Shown one piece after another: positions 28,655-39,254 of a stretch of 64,000 nt of DNA. The stretch spans positions 1 through 64,000 of the IMG/VR virus record IMGVR_UViG_3300033074_000711; one strand, 5' to 3'. The position numbers and the translations under genes were made by a program. The first letter of the stretch is position 1. Each line of letters starts with the position of its first letter. Source of the stretch: a virus (Duplodnaviria > Caudoviricetes). The notes below the pieces were generated by a model that saw only the letters and a program-made list of their open reading frames with translations, was not told the DNA's origin and made no database searches.

Positions 28655-29677
28655 TTATTTAGCAAATTTATTTAATTTAGTAAAATATTCTGATAACCAT
28701 GAGTACGCATTATCAAAATGTGTATTCATTCTATCATATATTATTAATTTATTAAACTCCATTGCATTTGATTTTTTTGGCACTTCATTAATATAATCTA
28801 AAATTTTAAATTTATTTGACGCTGATATATCATTATATGTTAAATTCATTAATTTATAATTCCTATGTAATAAATCTGAATTATCTAATAATGTTTTATA
28901 TACGACATCATCATCTTTTAAACTTTCAACTTTTTCTAAAAACTCACTCATATTATATGATTTTTCATTCAAAAATTGTAAATACTTATTAATTTTTTTT
29001 ATACCTATACCATTAACACCTGGTATATTATCACTTTTATCGCCTAATATACATTTTACAATATTAAAATTATTTGGAATTATACCAAATTCTTCAACAA
29101 CATCATTTTCTTTTATAATTTTATCTTTTGTAGGGCTAAATACACTTAAATTATCATCAATTAGTTGATAAAAATCTTTATCGGCAGATACTATATAAGC
29201 ATGTTTACATTTTTCTGGTAAACTATTGCTTATAAAAGATATCACATCATCTGCTTCAATATCATCTATAGTAATAATAGTTATTGGTAATAATTTTAAA
29301 TATTCTATTAATTTTATTATTTGTAATTTTATTAAATTTTCATTATTAAATTCATCACCATATATTCTATTTTTTATATTAATACCTTTTCTATTACTTT
29401 TATAATCTTCGTATATTGCTCTTCTTCTTTTTGAACCACCAGCACCATCAAAAACAATTATAACTCTAGTTGGCTGTAATATTCTTAACATTTTAGTTAA
29501 CGTTTTTAAAAAACCAATTGTACCACCAACGGGAACACCATCTAAATTTGTTGATGTGTTAACTACAAAATTTCTTAAAAATATATTTAAACCATCTATT
29601 ATAACTATTTTGTTATTAATATCTAAATCTTCTTCGCTCTTAACGATGTTTTTTAATATCACAGAATAATCTATCAT
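28655..29677 (-). CDS. 5'-3' exonuclease / flap endonuclease (PolI N-terminal / T4 RNase H-like)
   Basis: IIDGLN, VFDG, YK.NR, EADD, SADKDF.QL, GDKSDNIPGV.GIG.K. Confidence 0.93.
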   Translation of the reverse strand: MIDYSVILKNIVKSEEDLDINNKIVIIDGLNIFLRNFVVNTSTNLDGVPVGGTIGFLKTLTKMLRILQPTRVIIVFDGAGGSKRRRAIYEDYKSNRKGINIKNRIYGDEFNNENLIKLQIIKLIEYLKLLPITIITIDDIEADDVISFISNSLPEKCKHAYIVSADKDFYQLIDDNLSVFSPTKDKIIKENDVVEEFGIIPNNFNIVKCILGDKSDNIPGVNGIGIKKINKYLQFLNEKSYNMSEFLEKVESLKDDDVVYKTLLDNSDLLHRNYKLMNLTYNDISASNKFKILDYINEVPKKSNAMEFNKLIIYDRMNTHFDNAYSWLSEYFTKLNKFAK

Positions 29678-29694
29678 AAAACCTCATAAATGTA

Positions 29695-29721
29695 AAAATT
29701 GGCTATCTAAAAAGATAGCCA
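29695..29721 (-). terminator. intrinsic terminator after recA
   Basis: TGGCTATCT/AGATAGCCA 9-bp stem followed by a T-run on the minus strand. Confidence 0.65.
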
Positions 29722-29728
29722 TTATTTA

Positions 29729-30883
29729 TTAATCTTCATCTTCTTCTAATAAAATCTCGTTATCTTCTTCATTTACTATGTTTAATTCATCTTCATTATA
29801 AACTTTATTAGGGTCACTATACTCCATTATATAATAATTTGAAATTAAATTATATAATTTATTTTTAAATTCAACATCCTTAAGTTTGTTTTTAATATCA
29901 GACTCTCTAAACATTGTAATTTCATCACTCGAATCATCATCTGAAAATTTTAAATAACCTTTTGTTTTAGCTTTAACTAACACATTAGCTTTTTTGCCAG
30001 CATTAACCCATGATTTAGAAGAATCCATACCGCTATTAAAAAATATATCAAATTCTATTGATTTAAATGGGGGTCCAATTTTATTTTTTTTAATAGTTGC
30101 TTTAACCGAAACACCAACAGCTTCATCTTTATATTTTATTTTACCTAATGTACCTAAAGCTATTCTAACAGATGAATGGAATGGTATTCCTTGACCACCT
30201 GATGTTATATTTTTATCAGCGTGACCAAATGCGCCAACATTACTTCTAACTTGATTAATAAAAACTAATAATATTTTATGTTTTGCTAATAAAGAACTTA
30301 GCATTCTCGTACTTTGTGAAATTAGTCTTGCTTTATACGTATTATACCCTGTTAATTCATAACCTGTTGCATCATCATTTTTTGTTTTAGCACCCATAAC
30401 AGAATCAACAACAATTGTTATTAATACATCTTTATTATTTTTTCTAACCACAGATACAATATTTTCAATTTCACTAAAAACATCTTCTAAAAATTCAGAT
30501 GGTATATGTAATAATTTTTCTGGATTTATTCCGATTGATTTCATAAATTGTTCATGTAATGCAAATTCAGTATCAAATAAAATACCAATACCATCTCTTT
30601 TTTGAGTTTCAGCTAAAATGTGACCAGCTATTAATGATTTACCAGATGAGTTGGGTCCATAAATTTCAACCATCCTACCAAATGGTAAACCACCATTAGG
30701 TATATTACTTATAATTAAATCCAAAATCTCATTTCCAGTTGAAACCCAATCCTTAACATTAGCTGGATTATCAGAACTATTGGATAAATAATATGATTTC
30801 ATTTTATCATTTTTATTTATTGTTTCATGTATAATTCCAACTAAATCAGATGGGTCTATATTTGGTGTTGATTTTTTAGCCAT
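29729..30883 (-). CDS. recA: RecA/UvsX recombinase
   Basis: GGLPFGRMVEIYGPNSSGKS, VVDSV, FINQVR, SGG, KNKIGPPF. Confidence 0.93.
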   Translation of the reverse strand: MAKKSTPNIDPSDLVGIIHETINKNDKMKSYYLSNSSDNPANVKDWVSTGNEILDLIISNIPNGGLPFGRMVEIYGPNSSGKSLIAGHILAETQKRDGIGILFDTEFALHEQFMKSIGINPEKLLHIPSEFLEDVFSEIENIVSVVRKNNKDVLITIVVDSVMGAKTKNDDATGYELTGYNTYKARLISQSTRMLSSLLAKHKILLVFINQVRSNVGAFGHADKNITSGGQGIPFHSSVRIALGTLGKIKYKDEAVGVSVKATIKKNKIGPPFKSIEFDIFFNSGMDSSKSWVNAGKKANVLVKAKTKGYLKFSDDDSSDEITMFRESDIKNKLKDVEFKNKLYNLISNYYIMEYSDPNKVYNEDELNIVNEEDNEILLEEDED

Positions 30884-30891
30884 TTTTTTCT

Positions 30892-31752
30892 CTATTTTTC
30901 ATTAAATAATTTTTTAAATTGTTCACTAGCATTACCTGTATTTGCTTTAGGTGCTTGTTTTTGTTCTACTTTAACTTCTGTTTTCTTTGGTTCTGGATTT
31001 TCTGGAAAATGTTTATCAACCCAATTCTCATCATCTTGTGTAGTTTGTTTTACACCATCTGTCGATACAGCACCATCTAACATTTTTTCTAATTCTGACT
31101 TTAATTCATCAAAACTTAATTTTTGAAATAATGACATCAAATCAACTTGAGTAGATATAACTTTTTCCATATCAGCATCACTCTGTAACATTTTTGATGA
31201 TGTTTTTCTTGGTCTTAAAGTGGTTTTTTCAAAACCCGTTCCTGTTTCTTTTGCGGATTGAACCGTAACTACTAAATCATAACCATCATAAATATCTGAA
31301 ATATCACCATATTCTGGGTCGTTAACATATTCCATCAATTCTTGATAAACTGTTTTACTAAATGCCCACCATTTTACTTGTGGTAATTCTGTTGAATTTT
31401 CATCTCTGATTATAATTGGTGTATAATATCTATCTTTTGCGAATAATTTTTTAGCAAATTCCATTTGTGACTCAATTTTTGAATTATATAATTCAAAAGC
31501 AAATTCTTGTATTGGGTCTTTTTCACCAAAAGTTAAAGGTGATAATAATGTTTTACCGTTTATTTTATAATGGAAAAATAGTTTATAAAATGGCCATTGT
31601 GGATTAGCTAAAGAAGGAACAACTCTAATTTCGTGCTTACCTACTGGTAATTTTGCAAAATTAGTTGATTTACCCTCCGTACCGTTTTTTAAATTTGTTA
31701 AAGTTTCCTGTGCTTTTGATAAGTTCATTTTAAATTTACTTAAGTTTGACAT
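30892..31752 (-). CDS. single-stranded DNA-binding protein (T4 gp32-like)
   Basis: IRVVP..PF..LFFHY, DPI, YGDI.D...G.D; next to recA; ends F..LF. Confidence 0.75.
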   Translation of the reverse strand: MSNLSKFKMNLSKAQETLTNLKNGTEGKSTNFAKLPVGKHEIRVVPSLANPQWPFYKLFFHYKINGKTLLSPLTFGEKDPIQEFAFELYNSKIESQMEFAKKLFAKDRYYTPIIIRDENSTELPQVKWWAFSKTVYQELMEYVNDPEYGDISDIYDGYDLVVTVQSAKETGTGFEKTTLRPRKTSSKMLQSDADMEKVISTQVDLMSLFQKLSFDELKSELEKMLDGAVSTDGVKQTTQDDENWVDKHFPENPEPKKTEVKVEQKQAPKANTGNASEQFKKLFNEK

Positions 31753-31803
31753 GTTTACCTCTAATATGTGACTATTTGTTTTGATTAATAAATATAAAAA
31801 AAA

Positions 31804-32181
31804 TTATTGATATTTTATAAAAAATGTTTCTATTTTTTCTAAAACGTTATCTTTTACTAATAATATTGTGTTTTTGTAATCATCCCATTTTAATGAGTAG
31901 TTTGGATTATATTCACCATCATTTAATGATGTTATCAAAAAATTTAATGCGTTTATTGTATATATAGTATTAAATTTTTGTTTTCTATGTACTAAAATTG
32001 TTTTTGATAAAAATTTAGTTACATCCTTTAGTACATTATATGTGCATATTATTTTGTTATTATCATTTTTATCTCCTAATATAAATATTTTTACCATACC
32101 ATATGTTTTTTTAATTTCTTCTACTGTGTTTTCTAATTTTTGTGGTGTAGTAAATGTACACAATAAACTCATTTTTTCCAT
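31804..32181 (-). CDS. conserved phage hypothetical protein
   Basis: LLCTF, CTYNV, VHRK...NTIYTINALN. Confidence 0.7.
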   Translation of the reverse strand: MEKMSLLCTFTTPQKLENTVEEIKKTYGMVKIFILGDKNDNNKIICTYNVLKDVTKFLSKTILVHRKQKFNTIYTINALNFLITSLNDGEYNPNYSLKWDDYKNTILLVKDNVLEKIETFFIKYQ

Positions 32182-32190
32182 TACAGTCTC

Positions 32191-33375
32191 CTATTCGTAA
32201 ATTTCCATGTTATTGTAATTAACTCCCGCTTTTATTTTTATTTTATATTTATTATTTTCGAAAATACTACTAATATGTGTTAATAATTCTTTATCTTCGA
32301 AATTAAAATCTATTAAAATTGAATCATAAATATACAAAATTATTTTTGATTTATAATTATTTTTTTCAATTATATCTAATAATTTTTTAATATTTAGTAT
32401 AATCATCTCAGATTCATAACTCTGTAAAAAGTAACTAAATATATTTTTTTTATCTGGAACTTGTATAGGTTTATTAGCAAATGGTGATACTAACACTTCA
32501 TATTTATTATAATACATTTCTAAATGTTTTTTAAAATCATCTAATTTTTTAAAAAATTCATGTTCTATTTTTAAATTACCATTTATAGCTGTATAACATA
32601 ATTTTTTAACTTCTGATATTTCTAACTCGTTATTATATAAAACTTCATTAAAATATTCATACGGATATTTTTCAAAACTATATCCAATAATATCAGCACA
32701 CATATACATAACACAAGCATTATAATCAACTGATACTAAAATACCATCATCACCAAATCTGCTACAAATTTTATCTTTTATTGGTGAATTCTTCCGTAAA
32801 TTCATAAAATTTATTCTACCTGTAGCACTGACTCTACCAGCGTTATTTAATAAATTATGATTTAAATCATAATAATTACCATCACAAAATATTTTATTTT
32901 GTTCAATTTTATTAAAAACATAAACAAAATCATCATTATAAATTTTAAAATTCTCTAAATTTATTTCATATCTATTAAAATAATTTATCATGTTTTTTAA
33001 TAAATCTAAATAATATTCACAATCAGTTATAACAAACGTTTTATTATTAAATTTTTTATTGTTATTAAAAAAATCACGATTATTTGTAAACATCATAAAT
33101 ATATTAATATCTATAACATTTTGACAATCTTTAAAAAATTTAATAAATCTTTTTTTATCTAATGTTATAATTTTTTTATTTTTTAAAAAATCACTAACAT
33201 CATTATATTTTAAATTTAAACAATCAAATGTGTTTATAGGTATGATATAAAAATTTTTAGTATCTATATCCAAAACATAAATACATATAATTTTTTTATC
33301 TATATAAATTGGTATTATTGCTATATTATAACCAATATTAAATAATAACTGTTTATCTTCAATTATTGTAACCAT
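32191..33375 (-). CDS. minimal / divergent family A DNA polymerase-like protein
   Basis: GRVS, NFMNL, motif A-like VSVDYN, motif B-like KKLCY..ING, YFLQSYESE, motif C-like YIYDSIL. Confidence 0.7.
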   Translation of the reverse strand: MVTIIEDKQLLFNIGYNIAIIPIYIDKKIICIYVLDIDTKNFYIIPINTFDCLNLKYNDVSDFLKNKKIITLDKKRFIKFFKDCQNVIDINIFMMFTNNRDFFNNNKKFNNKTFVITDCEYYLDLLKNMINYFNRYEINLENFKIYNDDFVYVFNKIEQNKIFCDGNYYDLNHNLLNNAGRVSATGRINFMNLRKNSPIKDKICSRFGDDGILVSVDYNACVMYMCADIIGYSFEKYPYEYFNEVLYNNELEISEVKKLCYTAINGNLKIEHEFFKKLDDFKKHLEMYYNKYEVLVSPFANKPIQVPDKKNIFSYFLQSYESEMIILNIKKLLDIIEKNNYKSKIILYIYDSILIDFNFEDKELLTHISSIFENNKYKIKIKAGVNYNNMEIYE

Positions 33376-33385
33376 AAAATTTTAT

Positions 33386-33583
33386 TTACTCATTTAAGTC
33401 TAAATTTATATTATTAATATTAAAATCTAAATAATTTTTTCTTTTTTTCACAACATCATTTATTTTATTTTCATCTTCATATAATAATTTATATAAAATT
33501 GTATTACTTTCAATCTCATTAATATCTTCTGGTTGTTCTTTATTTTCTATAACAGTATAATCACTAATTTTATTTAAATCCAT
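33386..33583 (-). CDS. hypothetical protein
   Basis: 65 aa, coupled. Confidence 0.55.
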   Translation of the reverse strand: MDLNKISDYTVIENKEQPEDINEIESNTILYKLLYEDENKINDVVKKRKNYLDFNINNINLDLNE

Positions 33584-33912
33584 TATTTATAAAACTCCAG
33601 TGAATTTATTAATAAATATAAAATTTCTTGTTCAAATTTTAAACTATTTTTGATATTTTTTAAATTTTTTTCACTAACTGTGTTTTTATCACCTGATATG
33701 AACCATTTTATAATAATATTTTTATAATATTGGTTATTTTTAAATTTATTATAATTTTTTTCATTTACTTCAAAAATACCAGAATATTTATCTGATGTAG
33801 ATTTTAAAAAATATCTATTAATATAACCATTTTTATAATCTTCATCTGTCGGTTGTATTTTATCCGATTTACTTATATAATTTTTATTAATATTTTTATT
33901 ATATGTAAACAT
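33583..33912 (-). CDS. conserved hypothetical protein (baseplate region)
   Basis: PT.EDY..GYI.RYF motif. Confidence 0.7.
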   Translation of the reverse strand: MFTYNKNINKNYISKSDKIQPTDEDYKNGYINRYFLKSTSDKYSGIFEVNEKNYNKFKNNQYYKNIIIKWFISGDKNTVSEKNLKNIKNSLKFEQEILYLLINSLEFYK

Positions 33913-33914
33913 TA

Positions 33915-36845
33915 TTAAATATCCTTTATTTTTACAAAATCTTTTTTATTTTTATCTAATTTAACTATTTCACAATTATTATACCAAAATCCATCAGTAA
34001 CAACTTCATCCGTGGTATATTGTTTTTTAATATTTAAATAGTCATTAACATTAGATTCATTTAATGAATTATTTAATAGTTTTTGTAATAAATGTAAATT
34101 AAACCCTGGTGTTATTTCAGCTACTTTACCTTGATAAATATCACCATGTCTAACTATACCAGCACCTAGTGATTTCAATCCTGATGTTAAAGATATTAAT
34201 TTACTATCAAACTTATAACCTGTAAATATAACTTTTTTTGGTATATTATATTTATCACACATTTGTTTTATTAAACGATATGTTGCTAAAAATTGAGATT
34301 TTGTAAACATTGGTATGTATGTATGACCATAATATTTATTAGTTGGAAAATATAAAAAATAAGTTCCATCTGGTATTTTATCAAAACTATTTGCTTTAGA
34401 TGCTTGTTCATAATTTTTAGCATATGCACCAGCACCTTCAAACCAACCTATACTAATCATTTCTATACCTATTGTATGTGGATTACCACCCACATATATT
34501 TTTTTACCGTCCACATCTTTATAAGCTCTATTACCACCTCTAGATGAATTATTAGCCCAATACTTATCATCATAAACATTTTTAACAGAACCATTATAAT
34601 CTACTATATATTGTGTTGCAACTGGGCCCTCATCTAAATTTCTTTGCTTAAATGTGTTTATTGCATTATCAACACCATAACCAGCGGTATGATGTAAAAC
34701 TATACTAAATTTTTGTGTTTCTTCTTCATAACACATTTCATTAATGTTTACTTCTGTATTTTTTTTACTAGATTTTATTGAATTATTAAACGGCGATTCA
34801 ACAGTCTCATTAGACGGTGCATTTATTTTAATATTTGTTACTTTTTTATTATAATCAATGCACCTGTATAACACATTTATATTAGTAATCCAATTTGAAT
34901 TATCAATTTCATGCTCTACATATTTTACCTGTAAAACACCATTATTTTTATATTCTCTCGGTAATGCATCTACCAAAAAAACATCACCACTTCTAATTCC
35001 AGAAATACCTAAAATTTTTATATTAAATTCTATTGGTGGTAACACGAAAGTTCTAGAATTTATTAAACCATTTGTGCTACCACTAAATATTTTTCTTTTT
35101 ATTAAATCATCTTCACCAGGATAATAAAGACCAGCATTAAATAATGCTTTAGCTGTTCCATTTAAACTTATTCCAATTTTTTTGTCATTCTTGATTTTTA
35201 TTTTTTCATCATCATAATTTAATTTTGAAAAAAATACATCAAAATATATTTTATTTTTTTCGCTATCAAAAATATCATTAAAATAATTAAAATTATCATT
35301 ATATAAAACGGGATTTAAATCATCTTGGTTTTTATTTTTATTATATAATGTATTTAATGCAACAGCATTTGATGAATTAAATGATACATTAGTATCTAAT
35401 AAAATACTTTCAGAACCCCATTTAAAAGTGTATATATTAGAATCCTTTAAATTACTATTACTAATCATGTTTTCATCAGTAACAACAATTAAATTTGTAT
35501 TATCAATATTTCTTAAACTAAATTTCCAAAAATTAAAAAATGCACCGCTAACTTTATCTAATATACTTAAAATGGCATCTGATAAATTATTTATATTTTT
35601 AAATGCACTTTTAACTAAATTTTCATGTATAAAAATTCTTCTAATAAATCCAGTATTTCCATAATCATCATTTGGTTCTGTTGGATAAAAGTTATTTGGT
35701 ATAAAAAAACCAACAGTATGGTCTGTGCTAATTAATGATGGGGAAGCTGATATTCTAATGCCATAACTATTTATTTCAAAAAATTTTTTTCCATTTGATA
35801 ATAAACCAATATTATCATTTATTATTTTATCTTCAATAAATGACCAAGAATAATAAATATCTCTTGTTGATTTACCTGTAGATTCATTTTTACTCATTCC
35901 AACTTTTATAATATTTTTTTGTTCAGCTCCAGGTAAATCATTTGTAACATCAGTTATCCATACAGAATCTCTTGTTACAATATCTTCTAATTTTGAAGAA
36001 TCTATAAAATTTCTAATAGTTTTAATATACTCATCATTATAGTTATTTTTTGGTTCACCCAACGGTGTAGCTTGATTTGTTAAATTAACACCATAAAATA
36101 ATGAACCAATACTATTAACTGTTACACTTATTTCATACTTACCAACACCAACTATAGAAATATCATATTTTGTTATAATACCTAACATACCATCATAATT
36201 ATAATTTGATAATTTTTTCATTTTATCAAAATATGAATTTTGATTTCTAACAAAGTTTTCATCAACATAATTATTGATTAATATTTTTGATAAAACATTA
36301 GAATTACCAACAATGCTAGGGTCATTAAAACCCCACTCTATAACATTAGTAACACCGTTTGTAACAAAATATGGTGTTATTTTTTGAAATTCTTCTTCAC
36401 TCCAAACACTTATTTTATATGTTGCTTTTTTAGTACCACCATACTTACCATAATATTTTACTTCTAAACCAGTTACACCTGTGTATGGTCTACCGTCATC
36501 TATATATGGATTTCCTTTTTGACCATTTAATGTACCTTCAATAAACATAAATGAATTTGAAATTTCACCAGATTTATTAATTTCTTGTGCACCAGATGTT
36601 ATTCTAACCCATGGTGATTTAATATTTAATCTATCAGAAATTTGACTTCTTTTATTTAATTCTTTTATAACATCATTATCTATATTTTTTATATATGGAA
36701 ATCCAATAAACTTAGCAATTTCATCTTCTTTAGATTTACTATAATCGAATTTATTAGGTCCCGTTGCACTATTTGTATAAGTATTTACAGATATAATGTT
36801 TATACTTGTATTTGGTAATGAAACTAATTCTTTATCTACAGCCAT
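33915..36845 (-). CDS. baseplate hub-like protein with C-terminal Amidase_2 domain
   Basis: IEWG, YDGMLG.I, GISGIR.GD.F, V..VEH.I...W.T hub motifs; C-terminal IVLHHTAG...TIGIEM...RH. Confidence 0.75.
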   Translation of the reverse strand: MAVDKELVSLPNTSINIISVNTYTNSATGPNKFDYSKSKEDEIAKFIGFPYIKNIDNDVIKELNKRSQISDRLNIKSPWVRITSGAQEINKSGEISNSFMFIEGTLNGQKGNPYIDDGRPYTGVTGLEVKYYGKYGGTKKATYKISVWSEEEFQKITPYFVTNGVTNVIEWGFNDPSIVGNSNVLSKILINNYVDENFVRNQNSYFDKMKKLSNYNYDGMLGIITKYDISIVGVGKYEISVTVNSIGSLFYGVNLTNQATPLGEPKNNYNDEYIKTIRNFIDSSKLEDIVTRDSVWITDVTNDLPGAEQKNIIKVGMSKNESTGKSTRDIYYSWSFIEDKIINDNIGLLSNGKKFFEINSYGIRISASPSLISTDHTVGFFIPNNFYPTEPNDDYGNTGFIRRIFIHENLVKSAFKNINNLSDAILSILDKVSGAFFNFWKFSLRNIDNTNLIVVTDENMISNSNLKDSNIYTFKWGSESILLDTNVSFNSSNAVALNTLYNKNKNQDDLNPVLYNDNFNYFNDIFDSEKNKIYFDVFFSKLNYDDEKIKIKNDKKIGISLNGTAKALFNAGLYYPGEDDLIKRKIFSGSTNGLINSRTFVLPPIEFNIKILGISGIRSGDVFLVDALPREYKNNGVLQVKYVEHEIDNSNWITNINVLYRCIDYNKKVTNIKINAPSNETVESPFNNSIKSSKKNTEVNINEMCYEEETQKFSIVLHHTAGYGVDNAINTFKQRNLDEGPVATQYIVDYNGSVKNVYDDKYWANNSSRGGNRAYKDVDGKKIYVGGNPHTIGIEMISIGWFEGAGAYAKNYEQASKANSFDKIPDGTYFLYFPTNKYYGHTYIPMFTKSQFLATYRLIKQMCDKYNIPKKVIFTGYKFDSKLISLTSGLKSLGAGIVRHGDIYQGKVAEITPGFNLHLLQKLLNNSLNESNVNDYLNIKKQYTTDEVVTDGFWYNNCEIVKLDKNKKDFVKIKDI

Positions 36846-37147
36846 TAAAAGTTATTCTCACTAATAATATTAGCAATATAATTATTTATACTTTCTAAAG
36901 ATGGTATTCTCAATTGTTTTTCTTCTTTTATATATATAGAATCATAATTATTATTTATTGATGCTATAATCCACCACATTGTTGAATCACCATAATAATT
37001 ATAAGAAACTATGTCTAATCGCATTCCCTTATATGTAATAATATAAGTATCATCTTCACTATTAGGAAAATTTGGTAAAATATTTGTACTAAAATATTTT
37101 TTATTATTTTCATCTATTAATATTTTATTATATTGGTATCTATCCAT
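36845..37147 (-). CDS. LysM / tail-X-type baseplate protein (gp53-like)
   Basis: RLD.VSY.YYGD..MWWIIA..N, QLRIP. Confidence 0.85.
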   Translation of the reverse strand: MDRYQYNKILIDENNKKYFSTNILPNFPNSEDDTYIITYKGMRLDIVSYNYYGDSTMWWIIASINNNYDSIYIKEEKQLRIPSLESINNYIANIISENNF

Positions 37148-39245
37148 TTATCACACTATTCTTAAATTTAACTTCTTGATTTAAATAATTAGGTAAATCA
37201 AAATTATTTTTAGTAATATAATTACTATTAAAATGCTTTGTGTTTGTTATTGCTAATTTATTATTTTCTTCTAATAAAACATCCATTTGTATTGATAATG
37301 TTACTATATGTGGTAATTGCAAACCTGGTTGTATTTCCCACATAGAATTATCATTAATTTTTAAATTAACACTATTAAATTTAACATGAATATTATTTAA
37401 GATATTACCAATGGTTAATTTAACAATAGGTGCAACCATAGTTTTTCCTTGCAAATAATAACTTGGATAACACAATCCATACATATAATTAATTTTTCTC
37501 CATTGTGGTATCAATTCTTTTGGATTTGTTACATAAACTGTAAAATCGAGTGAAATTGACCTACCGTGTCCATCATAAGTATATGATTTATCACCTCTAC
37601 CAACATATGTAACATCACTCCAATTTGCATTAACGGAATCATCTATATTATTTATAGCGGCTCTGAAAACTATAGGTATTTCTTTTTTATTTTGATTTGA
37701 ATTAATATGTACAAATTTAAAATCTATTAAATCTTTTATTTCTTCACCATTATATATTAAATCAGCACTAGCCGAATATTCTGTATTTGCTTGCATATTT
37801 GCATAATCTTCTCCAACATCTAATATATTAAACTTATCTAAATAATCATCATTAAAAAATATATGAGATTGTAATGGGTCTCTAGGTCTATCATAAGAAA
37901 ATCCATACGAATTATATAATGTTTTTTTCACTAATTCGTTTTGTATAACTTCTTCATATTTCTTAGAACCAGATGTGTTTTTATTAAATCTATTATAATA
38001 TTGTAAATTATCAAATAAACCTACTATATTACTCTTCTGTATTTTTATATCATAATCGCTTTTATAATCTTGTTTAGATACATCATCAAAGCTAAACTTT
38101 ATTTTATTATCTTGATTTATTAGCTGGTCACTTGGTAACTTTATTAATGAAATATTTGGTGTATAATTTTGTATTTTCATTTCATTATAAGCTAAATGAT
38201 GTGTTGCTAAATTACCAAAATTAAACAAAGAATCACCATATAAAATTTGAGTATCGTTATTATATTGCATTGAATTTAGCATATCATATCTAACTAACAT
38301 AGTTGTATGTTGCTCATATGAATTTGAATAAATTCTAGCACTCGGGTCATTATTTGTTCCAGTTGATGTAAATCCACTATATTTATTAAAAGTTAATAAT
38401 GAACCTTTATCTATAGAACCAATAACTCCATTTTTATATAATGTTACAAAATTAGTATTTATTGGTTTAGTATTAAATAAATCAACATTAAAATAATTAT
38501 CCCATGTTGGTTTTGTTATATCAAATATCGCCGAACGTTCTGTATATTTTAAACCTTCTTGCGCCATTTGAATAATAGATAACCCATTTAATGAATCTTC
38601 AACTAAACCAGAACTTAATTTTAATAATGTTTTACTGGGATTTCTACCAGACAATAAATCACCAGGTAAATTTCTAACAACATTATCAAAACTGGTTTTT
38701 AATGAATTTTTTATTATAGTATCTTTATAATCAGAACTTATTCTTAATTCTGGATACGGGCTATATAAAAATGTTAAATAATCAGACGGAACTAATTGAT
38801 TTATTATTAAACCTTCTTTAATACCATTATAAGAATCGTTAGTTAAACTATTTATTTGTGATGATATTGTTGGATTATTTGTAAAAGCTGTTGTTAATGT
38901 TTTGGTAAAACCACCAACATTTGTTAAACTGCCTATAGATTTATCAGCAAATGTTGATAGTGTTATATTACCAGTTAATAAACCACCAATATCACTTATA
39001 CCATTAGATAAAGAAAAATTTTGATTATATATTTTAACAAGATTATTCTGTTCTGGTATTTTATCATCTATATAAAAACTTCTATTTTCTGTTATATTTT
39101 TATTGTAAATTTCATTTAAATTTATAATATTTGGTGTATTTAAAATATTATAATTATCACGATAATAAATCTCTAAAGAAAAATTAGTTTCATTTTTAAC
39201 ACTTTTATTAACACCACTATTAAACAAATCTAATAATTTTGACAT
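37140..39245 (-). CDS. baseplate / tail-tube initiator protein (gp48/gp54-like C-terminal domain)
   Basis: FRA.I..I.D...ANW....YVGR....YTY.G..R.ISLDF, P.VKLTIG, WEI...QLP. Confidence 0.7.
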   Translation of the reverse strand: MSKLLDLFNSGVNKSVKNETNFSLEIYYRDNYNILNTPNIINLNEIYNKNITENRSFYIDDKIPEQNNLVKIYNQNFSLSNGISDIGGLLTGNITLSTFADKSIGSLTNVGGFTKTLTTAFTNNPTISSQINSLTNDSYNGIKEGLIINQLVPSDYLTFLYSPYPELRISSDYKDTIIKNSLKTSFDNVVRNLPGDLLSGRNPSKTLLKLSSGLVEDSLNGLSIIQMAQEGLKYTERSAIFDITKPTWDNYFNVDLFNTKPINTNFVTLYKNGVIGSIDKGSLLTFNKYSGFTSTGTNNDPSARIYSNSYEQHTTMLVRYDMLNSMQYNNDTQILYGDSLFNFGNLATHHLAYNEMKIQNYTPNISLIKLPSDQLINQDNKIKFSFDDVSKQDYKSDYDIKIQKSNIVGLFDNLQYYNRFNKNTSGSKKYEEVIQNELVKKTLYNSYGFSYDRPRDPLQSHIFFNDDYLDKFNILDVGEDYANMQANTEYSASADLIYNGEEIKDLIDFKFVHINSNQNKKEIPIVFRAAINNIDDSVNANWSDVTYVGRGDKSYTYDGHGRSISLDFTVYVTNPKELIPQWRKINYMYGLCYPSYYLQGKTMVAPIVKLTIGNILNNIHVKFNSVNLKINDNSMWEIQPGLQLPHIVTLSIQMDVLLEENNKLAITNTKHFNSNYITKNNFDLPNYLNQEVKFKNSVING

Positions 39246-39254
39246 TTATTATAC

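Noticed and set aside
664-32193. TAG stop-codon reassignment (TAG in frame with the next gene at 670 and 32191; short open tail after 21192)
   Set aside because: Long conserved genes are intact under the standard code, and these TAGs overlap Shine-Dalgarno-like TAGGA(G) sequences of the next gene
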